Assembly: GCA_965216915.1 (NCBI GenBank)
Contig: CBDCGS010000011.1
Location: forward strand, 195,404 to 259,403
Reading direction: 5' to 3'
Length of the DNA: 64,000 bases
Origin: Alphaproteobacteria bacterium
GTDB lineage: Bacteria; Pseudomonadota; Alphaproteobacteria; UBA828
Positions 1-9,277 of the stretch are shown here, in pieces (the stretch's first letter is position 1; every line of letters begins with the position of its first letter). The position numbers and the translations under genes were made by a program. A model generated the notes under the pieces. That model saw nothing but the letters and a program-made list of their open reading frames with translations. It was not told the origin of the DNA and made no database searches.

Positions 1-174
1 GTTTCCTCGTGCAGCCGCGCACACTCGCGGTGATTTGCCTGGCGGCGAGCATAGCCTTCGAGGTCGTGACGGTCCTCTAGGCCGAACGCGATGCACCGCG
101 CCTGAACGACGCTCGCTCGCATCTCCCTGCCCCAATGTCTTCGCTCCACCGCACCGGCGTGGTAACGAGGGCGC

Positions 175-717
175 GTGACCACAATCAGAGCGGCAAGACC
201 ATCGGACGCCGCCGCGATCGCGGCGGTCCAGGTGGAAACCTGGCGGGACACCTACGCCGGCATTATCCCAGATCGCAGTCTCCTCGAGATGTCTCATCCC
301 ACGCACGAAGCGTTCTGGGCGCACCACCTTCGCCGGCCACCGCCGCGCGACACCACGTTGGTCGCCGTTACGGATGACACGACGATCGTCGGGTTCGGAA
401 ATGGCGGGCAGAACCGCGCACCTTCACTCGCGTTCGATGGCGAGGTGTTCACGCTCTATGTGCGGCCGGACCATCAGGGCCAAGGTGTCGGGCGCCGCCT
501 CATGATCGGGCTCTTGCGGGCCCTTGCTGTCAGCGGCCACCGATCGGCGGTGGTCTGGGTGCTCGCGGCGAACCCTGCGCGTTTCTTCTATCAGGCGCTG
601 GGCGGCACGCTGGTCGCGCAACGCACGGAGCCGTTTCATGGCACGCCGCTCGACGAGCTCGCCTTCGGGTGGCCTGATCTTGCGGCCATCGCGGATCAGG
701 GAACCGGCGGCGAGTGA
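175..717 (+). CDS. GNAT family N-acetyltransferase
   Basis: 180 aa. Acetyl-CoA-binding motif (QGQGVGRRLM) and the overall GNAT fold signature. Confidence 0.8.
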   Translation: MTTIRAARPSDAAAIAAVQVETWRDTYAGIIPDRSLLEMSHPTHEAFWAHHLRRPPPRDTTLVAVTDDTTIVGFGNGGQNRAPSLAFDGEVFTLYVRPDHQGQGVGRRLMIGLLRALAVSGHRSAVVWVLAANPARFFYQALGGTLVAQRTEPFHGTPLDELAFGWPDLAAIADQGTGGE

Positions 718-737
718 TGCCCGGGACGCCTCTCAGA

Positions 738-840
738 GCATGTCCCGTTCACTTCATGCTCACGGAACATGTTCTCTCGCATTGGAATTGACGCAAATAC
801 GTCGTCGCAGGTGATCCCACCTGCTTGGGATTTGCTCTAG
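738..840 (+). repeat. RIME/REP-like intergenic repeat, copy 1 (about 100 bp, contains the CAGGTGatccCACCTG hairpin)
   Basis: About 88% identical to 45904-46004 and to the reverse complement of 15368-15468. Its terminal CTAG supplies the TAG stop of the minus-strand gene 837..2168. It begins 20 bp after the GNAT stop codon. Confidence 0.6.
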
Positions 841-2168
841 AACGGGATCTTCGCCACCCGATCCCGCCGTGCGGTGCGCCGATCGATCATGCGATGGAGC
901 GGCCCGAGCAGCACGCTGACGTGGCTCATTGGGCCGCGCCAGCGGAGCGCGCGTGGCAGCTTGATCTCGACGCTCAACTCCTCCGGTGGCGTCCCCGCCG
1001 CATGGGCGGCGAGCTGGGTGCCCATGGCGGTTGCGGTCGGAATGCCGCGTCCGGAGTAGCCGGTCGCCGCCGTCACGCCGGACGCCAGCTCGTAGACGTG
1101 AGGGATCGTCTCCGGCACCACATCCATGTTGCCGTGCCAGAAATAGGGCCAGTCGAGCTTGCCGAGCTGGGGGTAGAGCCAGGCCATGCGCTCGCTCATG
1201 ATGCGGCGCGTGAAGGCGGCGTCGCGCCCGAGCCGCGCCTCGACCATGCCGCCGGTCACGATGCGGCCCTGGGCGAGCTTGAAATAGTGCATGTCGCCCG
1301 CGCTATCGACCAGGTGATTGTCGCTCGGCAACACGGACTTCACGACGTTGTCGTTGAGCGGCGCGCTGGCGAGGCCGAACGCGACCATGACCGAATAGGT
1401 GCGCCGGAGCGCGGGCCACAGGTCGCCCGAATAGGCGCCGGTGCCGACCACCACACGATCTGCGAGGAGCGCGCCCTGCGTCGTCTTGGCGCGCCACTTG
1501 CCGCCCTCCTTCTCGAGCGCGACGACCGGCGAGCGGGTGTAGATCGCCGCACCCTCGCGGAGCGCCGCCCGAGCCAAACCGCGCGCGTAGCCGAGCGGGT
1601 CGAGGTGGCCGGCCTCCGGGTGAATCCAGCCGCCATGGTAGCGGTCGGTGCCGGTCATCGCCCCGACCTCGGCCTTGTCCAACACGCGGCACGCCTTGCC
1701 GAGCGCAGCGAAGGCCTGGCAACGCCGCTCGAGATGCGCCATCGCGCTCGGCGCATGCGCGACGTTGAGGAGCCCGTTCTGCTTCGCCTCGCAGTCGATT
1801 TCGTAATCGCGGATCAGATCGAACACGAGGGTCGCGGCGTCGGCCTGCATGCGGACGAACCGCTCGCCCCATTTCGGGCCCAGCACGGCCTCCACCTCCT
1901 CGGGTTCGCGATAAAGGAAGGTCGGCGTGCAATGGCCGAGATTGCGCCCCGATCCGCCATTGCCGACCTCCGCCGCCTCGACCACCGCGACATCAATCCC
2001 GCGCTTCGCAAGATGAAGCGCGGTCGAGAGCCCGGTATAGCCGCCGCCGATCACTGCGACATCGACGCGGCGCGTCTCGTCCAGCGGCACGGTGTCGGGT
2101 GCCGGCGCGGCGGTCGCGGCCCAAAGCGCCTCCGAGGCGGGTGCATTGCGAAGGGAGCCACGTGCCAT
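837..2168 (-). CDS. FAD-dependent oxidoreductase (DadA / PuuB-like amine oxidoreductase family)
   Basis: 443 aa. N-terminal VAVIGGGYTGLSTAL dinucleotide-binding motif. Length and motifs are typical of DAO-family flavoproteins. Confidence 0.8.
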   Translation of the reverse strand: MARGSLRNAPASEALWAATAAPAPDTVPLDETRRVDVAVIGGGYTGLSTALHLAKRGIDVAVVEAAEVGNGGSGRNLGHCTPTFLYREPEEVEAVLGPKWGERFVRMQADAATLVFDLIRDYEIDCEAKQNGLLNVAHAPSAMAHLERRCQAFAALGKACRVLDKAEVGAMTGTDRYHGGWIHPEAGHLDPLGYARGLARAALREGAAIYTRSPVVALEKEGGKWRAKTTQGALLADRVVVGTGAYSGDLWPALRRTYSVMVAFGLASAPLNDNVVKSVLPSDNHLVDSAGDMHYFKLAQGRIVTGGMVEARLGRDAAFTRRIMSERMAWLYPQLGKLDWPYFWHGNMDVVPETIPHVYELASGVTAATGYSGRGIPTATAMGTQLAAHAAGTPPEELSVEIKLPRALRWRGPMSHVSVLLGPLHRMIDRRTARRDRVAKIPF

Positions 2169-2430
2169 GCCCCATCCTAGCGCGCGGCGTGGCCGATGGC
2201 GCGGGGTGAATCGCTCCGGTGGCGATCATGGGCCGCGCTTTGCCACGATTGAGGCGGAGGGGCCCCATGGCAGCTGATCGCGGCTTTGCCTCTACCAGGG
2301 GCTCTCCGCGCCGATCCCGCGGCGCGCACGTCCTATTGGTATTGAGGCGGCACCTCTCGGGTTGCGGTCCGGCGGTTCATCCACGCCCCGCGCGTGGCAT
2401 AGTTGGCGGAGTCCGAAGTCCCGACGGGTG

Positions 2431-3201
2431 ATGCCCATGGGCTCGACCAACGCAGACCGGATCCGCGCCCTGCTCAAGGGGATCGAAACCGGCGATCCCG
2501 CGGCCGTCGCCGTGATCAGCCCGGACACATACATTCAACACAACCCTCAGACCCATGAGGGACGCGAGGGTCTCGCCGCCCTCTTCCAACGGCTTTCGAA
2601 GAGCAATCCCCGGGTCAACGTCGTGCGCGCCTTCGAGGACGGCGACCACGTCTTCGCACACACCGAGTACGACTTTGCCACGCGCCGCATCGGCTTCGAG
2701 GTCTTTCGCTTCGAGAATGGCCTGGCCGTCGAGCACTGGGACAACATTCAGCCGCGGCGGGGGCCGAACCCGTCCGGCCATTCCATGGTCGACGGGCCGA
2801 CCGAGGCCGCCGATCTGGCGCGGACCGAGGCCAATCGCGAGCTGGTGCGCGGCTTCGTCGAACGCGTTCTGGTTCGGCGACGCCTCGACACGCTGGCGCA
2901 GGACATCGATGGCGCGCGCTTCACCCAGCACAATCCGCACATCGAAGATGGTGTGGCGGCGCTTCGGGCAGCCCTGGACGCGACGTCGGACGATGGCAGA
3001 AGGATCACATATGACCGCCTGCACCGCGTCCTGGCGCAAGGGAATTTCGTTCTCGCGGTGAGCGAGGGGTCTTTGGCGGGCGTGCACAGCGCGTTCTACG
3101 ACCTTTTCCGCGTCGCCGACGGCAAGATCGTCGAACATTGGGATACCGTCGAGGCGGTCCCGCCGCGGAGCGCGTGGCAGAACGACAACGGCAAATTCTG
3201 A
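2431..3201 (+). CDS. SnoaL-like / NTF2-like domain protein (two tandem domains)
   Basis: Two repeated modules of about 125 aa with the same pattern (GDP..V..DF.QHNP). Start chosen at the internal MPMG because the upstream part of the ORF is low-complexity. Function assignment is weak. Confidence 0.55.
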   Translation: MPMGSTNADRIRALLKGIETGDPAAVAVISPDTYIQHNPQTHEGREGLAALFQRLSKSNPRVNVVRAFEDGDHVFAHTEYDFATRRIGFEVFRFENGLAVEHWDNIQPRRGPNPSGHSMVDGPTEAADLARTEANRELVRGFVERVLVRRRLDTLAQDIDGARFTQHNPHIEDGVAALRAALDATSDDGRRITYDRLHRVLAQGNFVLAVSEGSLAGVHSAFYDLFRVADGKIVEHWDTVEAVPPRSAWQNDNGKF

Positions 3202-3211
3202 GCCCGTCCGA

Positions 3212-3240
3212 TCCGGCCCCTCTTTGGCCGGGCCGGTCGC
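3212..3240. terminator. GC-rich hairpin between convergent genes (possible bidirectional terminator)
   Basis: CCGGCCCctctttGGCCGGGCCGG lies between the stop at 3201 (+) and the stop at 3250 (-). No strong T-tract. Confidence 0.3.
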
Positions 3241-3249
3241 GGCCTGTTG

Positions 3250-4197
3250 CTAATTCTCGAAGAAATAGCGGCGGTCGACCCAATGTGGCGGCTCGTTGGC
3301 CCAGTTGGGTGCCTGCAAGGCGCCGAGCGCGGCGCGAAGCGCGGCGTACACGGCCTCGGGCGCAAGGTCCGTGCCGGCGACGATTTCTCCAAGGCGCTCG
3401 ATAATCACACCGGGCGCGGTCTCGGGCATGAAGACCGTGCGCGGGATCGGACGTCGGGTGACCAGCGCCTCGGCCCAGATCTCGTAGGCCGGCAGTTGCG
3501 CAAGCGCGATCCTGTCTGCGAGGGAGGTCAGCTCCTCCTCGGTGTAGCTGCCCGAGATCGTCAAGCTGCCACCGCAGATCGGCTCTCGCACGATCGCGTT
3601 GATGACGACCGTGTCGCCGATCACGGCCGCGATGGACCGTCCGACCGCCTCCGTCGTCACCGCGCACAGGCGCTCCCGATCACCACCGCCCAGCGAGATG
3701 AAAAGCTCCGGCTCGCCCAACATGTTGAAGCCGACGTCCGTCTGGGGCGTCTCGTCCAGCACCATCGCGGGCTCGGTCAGGAGCCATTGATCCGTTGTGC
3801 GCCCGTCCTCGTCACTGACGCATGCTTGCGGCCCGTGCGCCTGCGCACGACATGCGGCCTCGCTGCCGACCGAGACGACCCGGCGGAACTCCAGAGCGCC
3901 TGCGCCGGCGCTCCCCGGACTTAAGATCGAGCGCACCGTCTCGATATCTTCGCCCGCTCCAACCTCGACGGCGACCCGCCCGCAGGCGATGTCCGCCTTG
4001 GCTGCAGCGCGAATGCCATGACGGTCCAAGCGGTCGAGCAGCGCCTCGGAGAGCGCGTCCAATTGCGTGGGCGGGCCGTCGACCGCCAACACGAACTCGA
4101 CGGTCTCGAGCCCCTCGGACGCGTGGCTGGGGGCATCGTTGAGGGCGGCGGCGAGCAGGCCGGCCAAGGTTGTGGCGGTGATGAGGCGCGTCAGCAT
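3250..4197 (-). CDS. hypothetical secreted protein
   Basis: Start taken at MLTRLITATTLAGLLAAALN, a signal-peptide-like N-terminus. The longer ORF upstream is Arg-rich junk. No recognisable catalytic motif. Confidence 0.5.
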   Translation of the reverse strand: MLTRLITATTLAGLLAAALNDAPSHASEGLETVEFVLAVDGPPTQLDALSEALLDRLDRHGIRAAAKADIACGRVAVEVGAGEDIETVRSILSPGSAGAGALEFRRVVSVGSEAACRAQAHGPQACVSDEDGRTTDQWLLTEPAMVLDETPQTDVGFNMLGEPELFISLGGGDRERLCAVTTEAVGRSIAAVIGDTVVINAIVREPICGGSLTISGSYTEEELTSLADRIALAQLPAYEIWAEALVTRRPIPRTVFMPETAPGVIIERLGEIVAGTDLAPEAVYAALRAALGALQAPNWANEPPHWVDRRYFFEN

Positions 4198-4322
4198 CGG
4201 GCTCTCTCTCGTTTGCCGACGGCCGCACAACCCGCAACCGCCGCGCTGTTCAAGGCGTGCTTTGCGCCGATCATAGGCTGGTACACTTGCGCTCGTCCCG
4301 CACCAAGGGCGCGAGGCTTGTG

Positions 4323-5432
4323 ATGACCCAGAGACACGCAGCCGAGGGCGCAACCTACCGCGTCGGTCTGATCGGCAATTGCTGCACCCATGGTGAGTTC
4401 GTGGCGGCCGCGCTCAAAGAGGAGCCGCGCGCCAGGATCGTCACCGCGTTCGAAAACGATCCGCGGCGCGCCCCCGCGCTCGCCGAGGCCACGGGGTGCG
4501 CACTAACCGAGTCACCGGACGCGATCGTCGACGACCCCGCAATTGACATCGTCGCGCTCGCCTGCTCGCCGCACGAAAAGGCGGACTGGTGCGAGCGCGC
4601 GGCGCGTGCAGGGAAGCACATCTTCCTCAACAAGCCGATGTGCGAGAGCTTGGACGCGGCGCGCCGCATCCAACGGGTGATCGATGACACCGGCGTCAAG
4701 CTGGTCCACGACATCACCGTGTTTCGCTTTCACCCGATCGGGGCGAAGCTTCTCGACGCCGTGCGCGCGGGCACCTATGGCCCACCCCTCAGCTACATGA
4801 GCAGCTGGGGCATGACGTTCTCGCCCGATTTTCCGCTAGCGACCGTCTGGCCCGAGCGGCTCGACCCGCCGGCCGAGACTGGCGGGGGCGAGCTCACCAA
4901 CCTCGGATGCTACGCGATCGACTACATGGTCGCGCTCTGGGGCGCGCCGGTGCGCGTTCAGGCCAAGCTGATGCGACGCTGGCAGCCCTATGCCGCGGCA
5001 GGTGTCGAGAGCTTTGGCCAGATCATTGCGGATTACGGGGATTTCTACGCCGTGCTGGCCGCCGGCAAGCAGCCAATCGCGGGCCGTCCCACGATGGACG
5101 TCGCGGCCGCGCTCAAGCCCGAGGCCTGGCACAGCGTGATCGAGATCCGCTTCGAGGCGCACAACATCACCGCGCTGCCCTTCGCCGACACGGTGTTCGT
5201 CGACGGGCGTCCCATCGCGGCGGCCGCGTTTCTCGACGGCCACGAGACGCGCAGCCCGTTTGTTCAGCTGGTGGATGCAATCGAGACCGGCGCGGGGCCG
5301 GAGAGCGACGCCGCGACGGCGTGCCTCGGCGTGGAGGTGCTGATGGCCGCCTACCGCTCGGCACAAGCGGATGGCGCGCCGGTTGCGCTGCCGCTCGACG
5401 ACGGCACCAACCCCTTGGTCGCGCCGGATTGA
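4323..5432 (+). CDS. Gfo/Idh/MocA family oxidoreductase
   Basis: N-terminal Rossmann motif YRVGLIGNCCTHG and an EKP-like motif (CSPHEKAD). Start at MTQRH. Confidence 0.75.
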   Translation: MTQRHAAEGATYRVGLIGNCCTHGEFVAAALKEEPRARIVTAFENDPRRAPALAEATGCALTESPDAIVDDPAIDIVALACSPHEKADWCERAARAGKHIFLNKPMCESLDAARRIQRVIDDTGVKLVHDITVFRFHPIGAKLLDAVRAGTYGPPLSYMSSWGMTFSPDFPLATVWPERLDPPAETGGGELTNLGCYAIDYMVALWGAPVRVQAKLMRRWQPYAAAGVESFGQIIADYGDFYAVLAAGKQPIAGRPTMDVAAALKPEAWHSVIEIRFEAHNITALPFADTVFVDGRPIAAAAFLDGHETRSPFVQLVDAIETGAGPESDAATACLGVEVLMAAYRSAQADGAPVALPLDDGTNPLVAPD

Positions 5433-5435
5433 CAC

Positions 5436-5954
5436 TCACGACCGCTCGGCTCGCGTATCGTGCGCCTGCGTCGCAAGAAGAACGGTGCGGAGCGCGCGGG
5501 CGAGCGCCGCCGTCTCGGCCTCGCTGAGTTCGCCGGTCACCGCCGTCTCGAGCGCGTTGAATTGCGGAAACAGGCGGTGGATCGTGGCCTTGCCCCTGGC
5601 CGTCAGGCGGATCACGACACGCCGTCCGTCGGTGCGGTGCGGGCGACGCTCGGTCAAGCCATGTCCCTCGAGGGTCTTGAGAACCCCCGTCAGCGTGCCC
5701 TTGGTGATGCCCGCCTCCTCGGCGAGCTCGCCCGGCTCGCGCGGCCCCCAGACCCAGAGCACCCAAAGCACGGTGAAGCCGGAGAAGGAGAGACCGTGGC
5801 GGCTGAGCACGCGGCGCTCGGCGAGGTTGCGGAACGCGTTCGCGACGCGGAACACGTTGGAGATCGCAGACAACGCACCGACGTCGATGTCGAGGGCTTC
5901 GACGCGCGCGAGGGCGGCGCGCTCGGCGTCTGGAACGGCGGCGCGCTTGGCCAC
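5436..5954 (-). CDS. MarR family transcriptional regulator
   Basis: 172 aa. Winged-helix core (GLSFSGFTVLWVL...LTERRPHRTDGRRVVIRLT). Confidence 0.8.
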   Translation of the reverse strand: MAKRAAVPDAERAALARVEALDIDVGALSAISNVFRVANAFRNLAERRVLSRHGLSFSGFTVLWVLWVWGPREPGELAEEAGITKGTLTGVLKTLEGHGLTERRPHRTDGRRVVIRLTARGKATIHRLFPQFNALETAVTGELSEAETAALARALRTVLLATQAHDTRAERS

Positions 5955-5958
5955 GGCG

Positions 5959-6759
5959 TCAGATCGGCGCGAGCAGGGTGCGGCGCAGCGTGGTGCCGCT
6001 ACGCCAGGAGAACGCCACCTCGCGCCAGTAGCCCGCGATCAGCTCGCGCGGTGCAAGGCGCTCCAGCTCCTCCGCGGGCGAGGTGCCGAGAGTGAGCGTG
6101 AAGGTGCCGGTGAAGGAGCGGCCGATCTCCACGTCATAGCCGGCCATGGTGACGAACTCGTCGAGGCTGTCGGTGCCGTCCCCCTCGATCGCGGGCATCC
6201 AGCGGTTGTGCAGCATGGGGAGCGCATTGACGAAACCCGCATCCTCGCTCGGCCCCGTGATCTCGAAGGCGGCCTCGAAGAGCCGGCGATCGTAGGCGGC
6301 AAGCGTCGCACCGAAGCGGCCGCCGACCTCGAGCCGCGGCCCCGCGCGGCCGACGCGCACCGGCCGCGTCAGGAAGATCGAGCCGAGCTTCTTCGGATAG
6401 CCCTGATGCTGGCCGCGCACCATCGCATAGTCGGTGTCGACCCAGATGTAGACGCAGCGCGAATAGTGCTTGCCCTCGAACTGGCAGCGCACGACGACGA
6501 ACACCTCCTTGTATTGGGCACGCACGGGATCCAGCAGCTCCGCGAAGCTGTCGGAGCAGGCCTGCCAATCGGCCCAGACGATTGCGACGGCGCCCGGGTC
6601 GTCGTCCGCCGGCGTCACGCCGTCTGGCAAAAGCTCAGCGACCGCCGCCGGATCGGTGCGGTATTCGAGCGTCAGCATGTCGCCCGAATAGTGCCAGGGC
6701 GGCGGCGGCAGGAGCGAGGCCTTGCCCGTCGCCGACCGTGGAAACATGAAGCCTTTCAT
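5959..6759 (-). CDS. acetoacetate decarboxylase (ADC) family protein
   Basis: 266 aa. PPPPWHYSGDMLTLEYRTD N-terminus typical of the ADC superfamily. Co-directional with the MarR gene, 4 bp away. Confidence 0.7.
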   Translation of the reverse strand: MKGFMFPRSATGKASLLPPPPWHYSGDMLTLEYRTDPAAVAELLPDGVTPADDDPGAVAIVWADWQACSDSFAELLDPVRAQYKEVFVVVRCQFEGKHYSRCVYIWVDTDYAMVRGQHQGYPKKLGSIFLTRPVRVGRAGPRLEVGGRFGATLAAYDRRLFEAAFEITGPSEDAGFVNALPMLHNRWMPAIEGDGTDSLDEFVTMAGYDVEIGRSFTGTFTLTLGTSPAEELERLAPRELIAGYWREVAFSWRSGTTLRRTLLAPI

Positions 6760-6812
6760 CGCCCGTCCTCCCGCGCGGCGCTTCGCTTGTCAGTGAGCCT
6801 GCGAATAAATAT

Positions 6813-6828
6813 CGTTTGGGCCCAAACG
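6813..6828. promoter_or_regulatory. 16-bp perfect palindrome CGTTTGGGCCCAAACG in a divergent promoter region
   Basis: Lies between the ADC/MarR operon (minus) and the FAH-family gene (plus). A related box AGTTTGGACCCGAACG occurs at 10594-10609. Confidence 0.3.
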
Positions 6829-6849
6829 CATCAACTGGGCGGGGCGGCG

Positions 6850-7731
6850 ATGGAGCTGAGGCGAATCCTCCTGGACGGCTATCCGACGGTCGTGCGGCCG
6901 CATGGCGATGTGCTGGCGGCGGCCGACGGCCGCACCGTGCCGATCGCCGAGGCGGTGCACCTGCCGCCGACGGAGCCGCGTAAGATCATCTGCGTGCATC
7001 TCAACTACCGCAGCCGGGTCGAGGAGTTCATGACCAAGCTGCCGCCGGCGCCGACCTACTTCCACAAGCCGGTGACCGCGCTCAACAGCCACGGCGCCGA
7101 TGTGGTGCGGCCCGCGCGCTGCCGGTGGCTCAACTTCGAGGGCGAGATCGCGGTGGTGATCGGCCGGCATTGCCGCAATGTGAGCCGCGACGGCGTGGCG
7201 GATTACATCGCTGGCTACACGATCGCCAACGACTATGGCCTGCACGACTTCCGCGACACCGACGCGGGCTCGATGCTCCGCGTCAAGGGCTCCGACACGC
7301 TGTGTCCGGCGGGGCCCGGCGTCGTCAGCGGCTGGGATTTCCGCGGCAAGCGCATCAAGACCACCGTCAACGGCAGCCTCGCGCAGGACGGCAACACCGA
7401 CGAGATGGAGTGGGACATGCACTATCTCGTCGCCGACATTGCCCGCACGATCACGCTGGAGCCGGGCGATCTTCTGCTCACGGGCACGCCGGCGAACAGT
7501 CGGCCCGTCGAGCCGGGTGACGTCGTTGCCGTCGAGGTCGAGGGGCTCGGCCGCCTCGAAAATCGCATCGTGGAAGGCCCCGCGCCGATCGCCGACGATG
7601 TTGGCGCCCAGCCGTCGAGCTCCGAGGAGGTACGCTCCACCGCGCTCGGCGGCGATTGGGAGCACCGCGGCAAGCGCGCCCCCCGCGGACCCGGCGCGCA
7701 ACATTATGAGAGCGCGGTGGACGACGAATAG
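6850..7731 (+). CDS. fumarylacetoacetate hydrolase (FAH) family protein
   Basis: The C-terminal 290 aa of the long ORF matches the FAH fold (VCVHLNYRSRVEE...GEIAVVIG...TGTP). The upstream 5371-6849 part of that ORF is antisense to real genes. Confidence 0.8.
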   Translation: MELRRILLDGYPTVVRPHGDVLAAADGRTVPIAEAVHLPPTEPRKIICVHLNYRSRVEEFMTKLPPAPTYFHKPVTALNSHGADVVRPARCRWLNFEGEIAVVIGRHCRNVSRDGVADYIAGYTIANDYGLHDFRDTDAGSMLRVKGSDTLCPAGPGVVSGWDFRGKRIKTTVNGSLAQDGNTDEMEWDMHYLVADIARTITLEPGDLLLTGTPANSRPVEPGDVVAVEVEGLGRLENRIVEGPAPIADDVGAQPSSSEEVRSTALGGDWEHRGKRAPRGPGAQHYESAVDDE

Positions 7732-7799
7732 TCCCGACGCCCGCTATCGCGCCCGCCGCTAATCGGACGGGCAGGACGGTTCTCAGGAGGCGCTTAGCT

Positions 7800-9260
7800 T
7801 CAGGCAACCGAGCCTTCGAGAATCTGCAGCGTCTTGAGGTCGCTGTGGAAATCGAGGGCGTAGTCGCCGCCCTCGCGGCCGAGGCCGCTGATGCCGCAGC
7901 CGCCGAAAGGCGCGGTGAGGTCGCGGATCAGAAAGCAGTTGGCCCACACGGTGCCCGCGCGCACGGCACGGCCGACGCGCGCGGCCCGCGCGGCATCGCG
8001 CGTGTAGAGGATGGCGGAGAGGCCGTAGGCCGTGCTGTTGGCGCGCGCGATCGCCTCCGCCTCGTCCTGGAAGGTTTGGAGTGTCAGGACCGGGCCGAAA
8101 ACCTCGCGCTGCACGATCTCTGAGTCGTTGGAGGCCGGCTCGATGATCGTCGGCTCGTACCAGAGGCCGCCCTCGCGCCACACCTTGCCGCCACGGAGAA
8201 CGCGGTCGCCGGCGGCCCGTGCGCGCGCGACGAAGCCCGCGATGCGCGCGAGGTGATCGGGATGGATCACCGGCGAGACCGTGGTCGCCGGCTCGCGGCT
8301 GTCGCCGAGCACATGCGCGTCCGTATGGCTGTTGAGCGCCTCGACGAAGGGCCCGCGCACCGACGCCTCGACCAGGAGCCGGGTGCCGGCGAGGCAAACC
8401 TGGCCGGAATCGTCGAACTGGCCCGCTGCCTTCTTCGCAGCAGCGTCGAGATCAGCGTCGGCGAACACGATGAGCGGGCCCTTGCCGCCAAGCTCGGCGG
8501 TGAAAGGCACGATGTTGGCCGCCGCCGCCGCGCCGATGGACCGCGCCGTCTCGGGCGAGCCCGTGAACGAGATGCGGCGCACGCGGGGGTCCGCGACCAG
8601 CGCCGCACCCACCTCCTCGCCGATGCCCTGCACGATGTTGAAGACGCCGGGCGGAAGGCCCGCCTCGTCGATGAGGTCGCCGAGGATGGCAGCCGAGAGC
8701 GGCGACCATTCGGCGGGCTTGAGGATCACCGCGTTGCCCGCCGCGAGCGCGGGCGCGCACTTCCAGGACGACAGCATGAAAGGGGCATTCCAGGGCGTGA
8801 TGATCACCGCCGGGCCGGCGGGCATGCGCATCACGCGGTTGTCGGTGCCGTTGGATTGCCACACCCGCTCCTCGTAGGCCGCCGCCATCTCCGCATAGAC
8901 CCGAAAGTTGCGCGCGGCGCGGGGGATCACCCGCTTCTCCAGGCTCTCCTGGAGCATCGCCATGTCCAGGCACTCGACGCGCGCGATCTCCTCGGCGTGC
9001 GCGTCGATCAAATCGGCGAGGCGGTTCATGAAGACCGCCCGTTGCGCGAGCGGCATCGCCGCCCAATCGCGAAATGCGCAGGCTGCGGCATCAACGGCGC
9101 GGGCCGCGATCGCCGCGTCACCGCGCGCGACGTCGGCGAGCGTGTCCGACCAATCGAGCGGCGAGCGGTCCTCGAAGGTCTCGGATGACGGCAGCCAGGC
9201 GCCGCCGACATAGTGCTCGAGCGGCACCGAGACGCCCGCGATCTCGCAGCGCCGGGTCAT
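7800..9260 (-). CDS. NAD(P)+-dependent aldehyde dehydrogenase (hydroxymuconic-semialdehyde dehydrogenase-like)
   Basis: 486 aa. ALDH motifs FTGSPETARSI and ELGGKGP, and catalytic Cys in QVCLAGTRLLV. Confidence 0.9.
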   Translation of the reverse strand: MTRRCEIAGVSVPLEHYVGGAWLPSSETFEDRSPLDWSDTLADVARGDAAIAARAVDAAACAFRDWAAMPLAQRAVFMNRLADLIDAHAEEIARVECLDMAMLQESLEKRVIPRAARNFRVYAEMAAAYEERVWQSNGTDNRVMRMPAGPAVIITPWNAPFMLSSWKCAPALAAGNAVILKPAEWSPLSAAILGDLIDEAGLPPGVFNIVQGIGEEVGAALVADPRVRRISFTGSPETARSIGAAAAANIVPFTAELGGKGPLIVFADADLDAAAKKAAGQFDDSGQVCLAGTRLLVEASVRGPFVEALNSHTDAHVLGDSREPATTVSPVIHPDHLARIAGFVARARAAGDRVLRGGKVWREGGLWYEPTIIEPASNDSEIVQREVFGPVLTLQTFQDEAEAIARANSTAYGLSAILYTRDAARAARVGRAVRAGTVWANCFLIRDLTAPFGGCGISGLGREGGDYALDFHSDLKTLQILEGSVA

Positions 9261-9277
9261 GGCGGCTCTCCTTGGGA

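Noticed and set aside
5371-7731. 786-aa plus-strand ORF
   Set aside because: Only the last 294 codons (6850-7731) form the FAH-family gene. The upstream part is antisense to the MarR and ADC genes, is Arg/Ala-rich, and is a typical high-GC read-through artefact.
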